Shown: positions 54,411 to 64,000 of the stretch, in pieces
How positions within the stretch are numbered: position 1 is the stretch's first letter
Layout: each line of letters begins with the position of its first letter
Origin: Macrostomum lignano
Lineage: Eukaryota
Length of the DNA: 64,000 nucleotides
Assembly: GCA_002269645.1 (NCBI GenBank)
Contig: NIVC01002515.1
Span: 62,001 to 126,000 of the forward strand
Direction of reading: 5' to 3'
Translations under genes and position numbers: made by a program
The notes under the pieces: generated by a model
Told to the model about the DNA's origin: nothing
The model's input: the letters and a program-made list of their open reading frames with translations, nothing else
Database searches by the model: none

Positions 54411-54869
54411 CTGAGACAATAGCAAACGAAACAGTTTATTAGAATCCTTCCACTGCAACGCCCGTCAAAATCTGAGCAGAATGGAAGGCAAAAGTACAGC
54501 TCCAAGGAGCATTGATTGGCTGCTAGGCAAGTCAACGGACAAAAACGGCAACAATGTTGTGAAGTATAGAAATTTTAGCTATTCATTCCGCAAATGCTCA
54601 CCGTCTGCACGCGGTCGTTAGACAAAGAAGACAAAACGTTTGGCAACGCCCAATTTTGCCTGAAGGCTAATATCCTAATAATAATTTTAGATATATTTGA
54701 TTGAATTGACTGATAATTAACTGCTTTCGAGCGTCAAGAGGATGGCATCTTATAGGAGTAGCTCCTATACCTGCAATTAGAACTGCAGATCCTTGATCCT
54801 TACTGGGCAGCGCTCAGGATAGTGCTTTTTAGACGGGTCCGGAACAATTCGCTCCTCGGTTGCATACTC

Positions 54870-56650
54870 ATTTCAATCTCACCCTCTCAATCTCAATCTC
54901 ATACTCTCAATCTCAATCTCACATTTTCAATCTCAATCTCACCCTCTGAATCTCAAACTCTCAATCTCAATCTCAATCTCACACTCTCAATCTCACACTC
55001 TCAATCTCAATCTCACATTTTCAATCTCAATCTCACCCTCTCAATCTCAAACTTTCAATCTCAATCTCACACTCTCAATCTCACCCGCTTTATCTCACAC
55101 TCTCAATCTCACCCTCTCAATCTCACACTTTCAATCTCACCCTCTCAATCTCAATCTCACATTTTCAATCTCAATCTCACCCTCTCAATCTCAATCTCAC
55201 ATTTTCAATCTCATTCTCACCCTCTCAATCTCAAACTCTCAATCTAAATCTCACACTCTCAATCTAAATCTCAAACTCTCAATCTCAATCTCACACTCTC
55301 AATCTCAATCTCACCCTCTCAATCTCAATCTCAAACTTTCAATCTCGATCTCACACTCTCAATCTCACCCGCTTTATCTCACACTCTCAATCTCACCCTC
55401 TCAATCTCACCCTCTCAATCTCAATCTCACACTTTCAATCTCACATTTTCAATCTCAATCTCACATTTTCAATCTCAATCTCACCCTCTCAATCTCAATC
55501 TCACATTTTCAATCTCATTCTCACCCTCTCAATCTCAAACTCTCAATCTAAATCTCACACTCTCAATCAAAATCTCAAACTCTCAATCTCAATCTCACAC
55601 TCTCAATCTCAATCTCACACTCTAAATCTCAATCTCACATTTTCAATCTCAATCTCACCCTCTCAATCTCAATCTCACACTCTCAATCTCACACTCTCAA
55701 TCTCACACTCTCAATCTCAATCTCACACTCTCAATCTCAAATTTTCAATCTCAATCTCACCCTCTCAATCTCAAACTTTCAATCTCAATCTCACCCGCTT
55801 TATCTCACACTCTCAATCTCACCCTCTCAATCTCACACTTTCAATCTCACCCTCTCAATCTCAATCTCACATTTTCAATCTCAATCTCACCCTCTCAATC
55901 ACAATCTCACATTTTCAATCTCAATCTCACATTCTCAATCTCAAACTCTCAATCTCACACTCTCAATCTCAACCGCTTTTTTCTCACACTCTCAATATCA
56001 CCCTCTCAATCTCACACTTTCAATCTCACCCTCTCAATCTCAATCTCACATTTTCAATCTCAATCTCACCCTCTCAATCTCGCACTCTCAATCTGACCCT
56101 CTCAATCTCACACTTTCAATCTCACCCTCTCAATCTCACACTTTCAATCTCACCCTCTCAATCTCAATCTCACATTTTCAATCTCATTCTCACCCTCTCA
56201 ATCTCAAACTCTCAATCTAAATCTCACACTCTCAATCTAAATCTCAAACTCTCAATCTCAATCTCACACTCTCAATCTCAATCTCACACTCTAAATCTCA
56301 ATCTCACATTTTCAATCTCAATCTCACATTTTCAATCTCAATCTCACTCTCAATCTCACCCGCACAATCTCACACTTTCAATCTGACCCTCTCAATCTCA
56401 CAATTTCAATCTCCTCCTCTCAATCTCACACTCTTAATCTCACCCTCTCAATCTATCATTTTCAATCTCAATCTCACCCTCTCTATCTCAATCTCACATT
56501 TTCAATCTCAATCTCACCCTCTCAATCTCAATCTCACATTTTCAATCTCAATCTCAAACTATCAATCTCAATCTCACCCGCTCAATCTCGCACTCTCAAT
56601 CTGACCCTCTCAATCTCACAATTTCAATCTCTGCCTCTCAATCTCACACT
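54870..56650. repeat. (TCAATC/TCACAC/TCTCAA)-type degenerate array
   Basis: Direct inspection. Confidence 0.95.
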
Positions 56651-56656
56651 CTTAAT

Positions 56657-57221
56657 TGTAGAGTATCATAAGATGCTACTGTGAGTAGACTAATGTAAAC
56701 ATGCGTAGCAAAACGATGAGGGAAGATGAATCATGTTGCGACTTATGATGAAAGATGAGTCATCTTACCACTGATGATGAAATATGAGTCATGTACCAAA
56801 AAATTGTCTATAAATACAAACCAAAATCCGAGCTGAAATCTCAGACTCGGAGCAGCCTCAAAAGATCTTGTGTTTTGCCAGAGCAGCTAACCGAGGCTAT
56901 ATCTCTGAGAGATAATATTATCAATAGATAAGCGTTGTTCAAGTCTTCGTTATTTCGATTAATTGAGCGATTTTATTGCCGGCTGTTATTGTCCAATTTG
57001 ACTTTTGCACTCGAGGAATACTTCGACGGATTGTTACACTCTCACATTCGGCCGATTTTGGACTTCAAGGACTTCAAGAAGACTACTCCGGAGGAAGCGG
57101 ACTTAAGAAGGTGAGCTCAGCAGACACGCGCGACAAAGAAGAGGAGCCCGCAACAGTAAGTGATCACTGATTTTGTTCCCAGGCTTAAGTGTCTGGAAGT
57201 GGGAGTTCGAGCGTTTAGACA
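56657..57221 (+). mobile_element. Possible solo LTR (BEL/Pao-like) interrupting the TCAATC array
   Basis: Unique 565-bp island, TGT...ACA ends, TATAAATA near 56809, internal donors GTGAGC/GTAAGT and a CAG acceptor. No TSD or AATAAA found. Confidence 0.35.
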
Positions 57222-57294
57222 CTAGACTTAACTCTCTCTCTCTCTCTCCTTTCCCCTCTCTCTTTCTCTAGTGTGCTAAAGCGAACTCTTCATA

Positions 57295-58510
57295 ATCTCA
57301 ATCCCTTCTCAATCTCACTTTCAAGCTCACATTTTTAATTTTAATCTCAAACTTACACTTTCAATCTGACCCTCTCAATCTCAATCTCACATTTTCAATC
57401 TCAAACTTACACTTTCAATCTGACCCTCTCAATCTCAATCTCACATTTTCAATCTCAAACTTACACTTTCAATCTGACCCTCTCAATCTCAATCTCACAT
57501 TTTCAATCTCAAACTTACACTTTCAATCTGACCCTCTCAATCTCAATCTCACATTTTCAATCTCAAACTTACACTTTCAATCTGACCCTCTCAATCTCAA
57601 TCTCACATTTTCAATCTCAATTTCACCCTCTCAATCTCAAACTCAATCTGACCCTCTCAATCTCAATCTCACATTTTCAATCTCAATTTCACCCTCTCAA
57701 TCTCAAACTCAATCTGACCCTCTCAATCTCAATCTCACATTTTCAATCTCAATCTCACCCTCTCAATCTCAAACTCAATCTGACCCTCTCAATCTCAATC
57801 TCACATTTTCAATCTCAATCTCATCCTCTCAATCTCAAACTCAATCTGACCCTCTCAATCTCAATCTCACATTTTCAATCTCAATTTCACCCTCTCAATC
57901 TCAAACTCAATCTGACCCTCTCAATCTCAATCTCACATTTTCAATCTCAATCTCACCCTCTCAATCTCAAACTCAATCTGACCCTCTCAATCTCAATCTC
58001 ACATTTTCAATCTCAATCTCACCCTCTCAATCTCAAACTCAATCTGACCCTCTCAATCTCAATCTCACATTTTCAATCTCAATTTCACCCTCTCAATCTC
58101 AAACTCAATCTGACCCTCTCAATCTCAATCTCACATTTTCAATCTCAATCTCACCCTCTCAATCTCAAACTCAATCTGACCCTCTCAATCTCACATTTTC
58201 AATCTCAATCTCACCCTCTCAATCTCAAACTCAATCTGACCCTCTCAATCTCAATCTCACATTTTCAATCTCAATCTCACCCTCTCAATCTCAATCTCAC
58301 CCTCTCAATCTCAATCTCACATTTTCAATATCAATCTCACCCTCTCAATCTCATACTTCAATTTCGCACTTTCAATCTCACCCTCTCAATCTCAAACTCA
58401 ATCTGACCCTCTCAATCTCATACTTTCAATTTCGCACTCTCAATCTCACCCTCTCAATCTCAAACTCAATCTGACCCTCTCAATCTCAATCTCACATTTT
58501 CAATCTCATT
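57295..58510. repeat. TCAATC-type array, continuation
   Basis: Direct inspection. Confidence 0.95.
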
Positions 58511-58604
58511 TTAAGCAATATATTTATGTAAATTTTACAAGTTGCCCAACATCGGCCCTTGCAATGCAGGAGTATAAAATAACACCATTAGCAGTCTTGA
58601 GCAG

Positions 58605-58740
58605 CATTAGCTGGGGGTAATTGAGGCTGTGTGGCGACCCCCCAGTCCTTGGACTGAACAGCCGTACGCAGCCTTCAGATGCGCCGCGCAATAATTGCAC
58701 ACCTGTCCATTAGGGCAGGTGTAATTGATTATTATTATCA
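58605..58740. mobile_element. Short dispersed repeat (~135 bp), copy 2
   Basis: Homologous to 10122-10257. Confidence 0.6.
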
Positions 58741-59519
58741 GTTAATTGGTTGCAACTACCTATCTAACGTATTCTCAGTAAAGACATCAATTGAAAAGCC
58801 TATTAGTCAATTTGTTTTCTATTTAACAAAGTAGCTTACAGTTTAAAGACTATGTAAGTGACGACAAGGTCATGCATCCGATGTCAGCTGTACAACGCAG
58901 TTCTGAGTTTAACACGCAACGACTGAGCACTTACGGATCTGACGGCTTGTGTTCTACTATTTATTTAACTAGTATAGATTTTTATTTATCTTGCATATGG
59001 ACAAAACAACAAATAAAAAATCACGTAAACAAGCAATTGATAAAAAGTATTGAACAAAGCAATGCAACATCCAGGCTAATTCCCAGTGGGCTAATAGTTA
59101 GATACATAGATAATCTTCTTGAATGCCATCCACAGCAAATAAATCCAAGGATACTCTGCACATACTACTTATAGACGCGTACAGATTAGCGCAAAAGTAT
59201 TGTAAGTAAAAAATAACAAAGTCAACAACTAAGGAAAAAAAGAAATAATTTATTACCAGGTAATTGACAACTCCTATGCGATTAAAGCAGTGAAGCAAAA
59301 CTGGAAATCTTTATGGACAATTGGAAGGATTTGAAAAATACAGGATTTTCTTAGAAACAAAAATGCAACGGAGAGCCGCATAATCCAGGTGTGTTGTTGT
59401 CAAGCGGTTCTCGACTTCATTGACTCTCTTTATGACAAGGGTCACGAAAGGTCAAGAACGGGATAGGGGGGGTCAAGGAGTGAATTCTAAGAGTCGAGAG
59501 TGGGTTCAAAACGGGGTCA

Positions 59520-59990
59520 TAAGAGGCTAAGAGCAGGGTCAGTAGAGGTCAAGAGCAGGGTCAGTAGAGGTCAAGAGCAGGGTCAGTAGAGGTCAAGAGC
59601 AGGGTCAGTAGAGGTCAAGAGCGGGGTCAGTAGAGGTCAAGAGCGGGGTCAGTAGAGGTCAAGAGCAGGGTCAGTAGAGGTCAAGAGCGGGGTCAGTAGA
59701 GGTCAAGAGCGGGGTCACAAGAGGTCAAGAGCAGGGTCAGTAGAGGTCAAGAGCAGGGTCAGTAGAGGTCAAGAGCAGGGTCAGTAGAGGTCAAGAGCAG
59801 GGTCAGTAGAGGTCAAGAGCAGGGTCAGTAGAGGTCAAGAGCAGGGTCAGTAGAGGTCAAGAGCAGGGTCAGTAGAGGTCAAGAGCAGGGTCAGTAGAGG
59901 TCAAGAGCAGGGTCAGTAGAGGTCAAGAGCGGGTCAGTAGAGGTCAAGAGCAGGGTCAGTAGAGGTCAAGAGCGGGGTCATAAGAGGTCA
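59520..59990. repeat. 22-bp minisatellite (GTCAAGAGCAGGGTCAGTAGAG)
   Basis: Direct inspection. Confidence 0.95.
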
Positions 59991-60041
59991 TTCAGAGGTG
60001 AACTACACAGAGGTCAACCGTGGAGACAGCAGGCCGCTAGC

Positions 60042-63000
60042 TCAGGTAAGCTGGCACTCGGGCACCAGCAGCAGGCAGGGCCCGCACTTGCACAGCAGCA
60101 TGGACTCCTGGGACAGCAGGCAGACAGGCTGCACCGGGTCGCTTCGAATCCAGTCAGTTGCCAGGCGCACCCGGGACAGCCGACGCCGCCTGGCCAGGCA
60201 CCAGACGTCCAAACCGTTCAATCCCGACGACGAAGACGTCACAATGGCGTCGTTGCTAGGCAACAGACAAGGCGGCGACCAGGTGCATAGCAAGGGTTGC
60301 AAGGGTTGCTGCGGTTGCTGCTGCTGTTGTTGGCAGCAGCTGAGCAGTCGCCAGGCGCCAGTGCACAGACGCAGAAGGAGCAACTGGCCGTTGGCCAAGC
60401 CGCAGACGGCGTGCCGACTTGACACCGACACCGACAGCACCGGTTGGCGCTGCCACACCAGCCGCTTCTGCCGGAAGCCGCTAGACGATCTGTCATCAGC
60501 GGGGCTCACCTGCGCGGGTAGGAGGGGGTGGGGAGAAGGCTGATGGAGAAGGGAAAGTATAGATGTGCGTGAGATTAACTTCTTTTCAACCGATATTTGA
60601 CAGGTAAATTAATTCGTAACGGACAATTAAGGAATATGACGATTATGAATCGATAATTAACGCATCCAGTCATTCAGAATCAATAATTAACTATTTTGGT
60701 CATTCAGAATCGATAATTAACTATTTTGGTCATTCAGAATCGATAATTAACTATTTTGGTCATTCAGAATCGATAATTAACTATTTTGGTCATTCAGAAT
60801 CGATAATTAACTATTTTGGTCATTCAGAATCGATAATTAACTATTTTGGTCATTCAGAATCAATAATTAACTATTTTGGTCATTCAGAATCGATAATTAA
60901 CTATTTTGGTCATTAGAATCGATAATTAACTATTTTGGTCATTCAGAATCAATAATTAACTATTTTGGTCATTCAGAATCGATAATTAACTATTTTGGTC
61001 ATTCAGAATCAATAATTAACTATTTTGGTCATTCAGAATCGATAATTAACTATTTTGGTCATTAGAATCGATAATTAACTATTTTGGTCATTCAGAATCA
61101 ATAATTAACTATTTTGGTCATTCAGAATCGATAATTAACGTATTTAGTCATTTAAAATCGAGAATTAACGAATCCGGTGATTCAAAATCGAGAATTTACG
61201 ATTTCAGTCATTCAGAACCGATAATTAACGAGTTCAGTGATACAAAATTCGTTATTTAGAATAGATAATATACGAATTTTGCCAATTTAAAATCCCTAAT
61301 TAACTGATTGGAGTATTTAAATTCGATAATTAATAAATGTTACAATCGATAATTAACGCAACAGATTAATCAAAGCATCGATAACCAATAATTCAGCACA
61401 ATAATAATCGATAATGAAAAAATTAGAATCCAGAGAATCGATAATATAAGCGATTTTAAGTACCTCAATCTGGTCCCAGTCGGTACTCACCTGAAACACG
61501 GCTCCATCGGCACCCCCGCTGAGCACTCCCCTGCTAGGATAGGCGGCCAGAGCCAGCACAGGCGCTGCGTGCGCCGACACCACCGTGCAAAACGAAGCCG
61601 CCCCAGCAGCAGCAGCAGCCGCAGCAGCCGCCGCGGCCGCCCCGGCACCAACAGCTCCATTATTGCTCAGCTGCTGCTGCGGCTGCCGGATCTTGCACAG
61701 CTCCCCTATAGAAAAGAATCGAATTAAATTATCTTCACCGGCCGTGGCCAGCAGGTCGCCGTGGCCGGCATCCGGCCAAATCAGCATCGAGTGCAACGGC
61801 AGAGGCGACGCCCGGCAAGACGACAGCGGTTCAATTCGATCAGCGTCGAGAAGCAGTCGAACGCAGTGCAGCATGCCTGTAGCCGTAGCTGCCACAGCAA
61901 CTAACTGACTCTGCTGTACAGTCAGGTGAGTCAGACCCTCAGCTGATAATTGAATTCGGCACTTTGCAGATCCGGTACAGGTGAAATCCCACAGCTCCAG
62001 GTGACCGTCTGAGCAGCCAACAAGCAGATAGCGCGAATCCGTATCGTTAGTAATGAGACTCATGCACCAAATTGATGAGGAAGATAAGGTTTGAGTTGGG
62101 GATGCTGGATTTAAGCCGGAATTTGATGGGACAGCTTCAGTTGCGGCTGCCAAGTCTGAGTCCGTTGATGCAGCTTGCGATGGGGAAAGCGATGTCGCGT
62201 GGCTTACCTGGAAAAGAGGTCAGGGTGATGAGACTAAGGGTGAGATTCTGTAGGATTATGTGAGTGAGAAAGTATTGTCTAGGATGAGATTCTTTTGTGG
62301 CTATACTGACATTCTCTAGTGTCTAGGGTAGGATTCTCTCTTCTCTAGAGTCTGGGGTGAGATTCTTCAGAGTCTAATGGTGAGACTATTTAGTGTCTAG
62401 GATGAGATTTCTAAGGTTCTAAGGTAAAAGTCTTCAGAGTCTAGTATGAGATTCCTTAGAGTCTAGAGTGAGGTTCTTCCGAGTCTATAGTAAGATTCGT
62501 CAGAGTCTATGTTGAGATTTGTCAGAGTCTATGGTGAGATTTTTTAGAGTCTAGAGTGAGATTCTTTGGAGTCTAGAGTGAGAGTCTTTGGAGTCTATGG
62601 TGAGATTCTTCCGAGTCTAGAGTGAGATTCTTCCAAGTCTAGAGTGAGATTCTTCGGAGTCAAGAGTGAGATTCTTCAGAGTCTATGGTGAGATTCTTCA
62701 GAGTCTAGAGTGAGATTCTTTGGAGTCTAGAGTGAGATTCTTTGGAGTCTAGAGTGAGATTCTTTGGAGTCTATGGTGAGATTATTCCGAGTCTAGAGTG
62801 AGATTCTTCAGAGTCTAGAGTGAGATTCCACAGAATCTATGTTCAGATTCGTCAGAGTCTATGGTGAGATTCCTTAGAGTCTATGGTGAGATTCTCCAGA
62901 CTCTATGTTAAGAACAGCAAGACACGCAGACCCACCCGTTGTCTCAATCCGAGTCCGACATCAGCTCCGTCGCCCAATTTGCCATAACCATCGGCTGGAC

Positions 63001-63261
63001 CAACAGTTGCATCACTCGTGACGCAATCGCACTGTCCCTCGTGCTGTAATTGCCTGTCAAAATAGGCCAGCCGACGGCCAGAAAGATTCCACACTGACAC
63101 GGAGCCGTCGAGACTGCTGGCCGCCAATATTCGGTCTTCAACGCGGCGCGTTGCTGGACAGTCGGCAGGCGCTAGCGAGGAGATGCACACCAGATCGACG
63201 TCCATGGATGTGGCTGGCAGTACAACAGGCACCACTGTGCGCAGCGGGGGCGGCCGATCAA
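60042..63261 (-). CDS. SCAP: SREBP cleavage-activating protein, C-terminal WD40 exons (63261-62936, 62207-61491, 60509-60042); 5' part lies beyond the window
   Basis: VPVVLPATSMDVDLV...SSLDGSVSVWN resembles SCAP VPLVLRGHLMDIECL...AGHVCVWD; SIWCMSL..LLVGCSDGHLELWD resembles SVWSLEL..IVVGRSSGRLEVWD; AHAAPV..LSGGADG; terminal LLCKCGPCLLLVP resembles IVCNFGSELSLVYVP. Phases compatible; stop at 60042-60044. Confidence 0.8.
60665..61140. repeat. 30-bp minisatellite (GATAATTAACTATTTTGGTCATTCAGAATC), last SCAP intron
   Basis: Direct inspection. Confidence 0.95.
62280..62905. repeat. ~21-bp minisatellite (GAGTCTAGAGTGAGATTCTTC), SCAP intron
   Basis: Direct inspection. Confidence 0.9.
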
Positions 63262-63289
63262 CTGAAATAATTTTTGACTCAGATCTCAC

Positions 63290-64000
63290 AAACTCGGACA
63301 CCCTACACAAGATCTAAAAAACTCGGGCACACTACACAAGGTCTCAAACCCGGACACACTACTCAAGACATCGCAAATTCGGACACACTACGAACCCGGA
63401 CGCCGTACTCAAGATCTCACCAACCCGGACGCTGTACCCAAGATCTAACAAAATTGGACTCCGTGCTCAAGATCTCACAAACTCGGACACACTACTCAAG
63501 ATCTCACAAACTCGGACACCATGCTCAAGATCTCACAAACTCGGACACACTACTCAAGATCTCACAAAGTCGGACACAATACTCAAGATCTCACAAACTC
63601 GGACACACTACTCAAGATCTCACAAACTCGGACACCATGCTCAAGATCTCACAAACTTGGACACCGCACTCAAGATCTCACAAAGTCGGACACCACACTC
63701 AAGATCTCACAAACTCGGACACCGCACTCAATATCTCACAAAGTCGGACACCACACTCAAGATCTCACAAACTCGGACACACTACTCAAGATCTCACAAA
63801 GTCGGACACCACACTCAAGATCTCACAAAGTCGGACACCACACTCAAGATCTCACAAACTCGGACACACTACTCAAGATCTCACAAACTCGGACACCATG
63901 CTCAAGATCTCACAAACTCGGACACACTACTCAAGATCTCACAAACTCGGACACCATGCTCAAGATCTCAGAAACTCATACACCATATCAAAAATCTCAC
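63290..64000. repeat. ~28-29-bp minisatellite (ACTCAAGATCTCACAAACTCGGACACACT), SCAP intron
   Basis: Direct inspection. Confidence 0.95.

Overview
Eukaryotic, repeat-saturated genomic DNA. GC-rich exons with poly-Gln/Ala runs separated by minisatellite-filled introns suggest a free-living flatworm such as Macrostomum (inference, not proven). Most long ORFs in the supplied track are repeat artefacts, so spliced genes were assembled by hand. Left to right: the 5' half of a Mag/Ty3-gypsy LTR retrotransposon (LTR, tRNA-Ser PBS, open gag-PR-RT, minus strand); a 2-exon MMADHC/cblD gene; a complete 10-exon GlyR/GluCl-like chloride channel (minus) whose intron 1 holds a decayed Penelope-like fragment with a hammerhead ribozyme and 39-bp terminal inverted repeats; a divergent dynein-heavy-chain-like gene (minus, ~54.4 to ~22.2 kb) not visible in the ORF track, whose introns appear to host four intron-poor genes (two GPCRs, an atypical anion-type Cys-loop channel, a PTB-domain adaptor); and the WD40-encoding 3' end of SCAP. 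About 35 tandem arrays are present, including two inverted array pairs, and many unrelated arrays share a GAWTC core. No rRNA, tRNA or CRISPR array was seen. Array boundaries are approximate.
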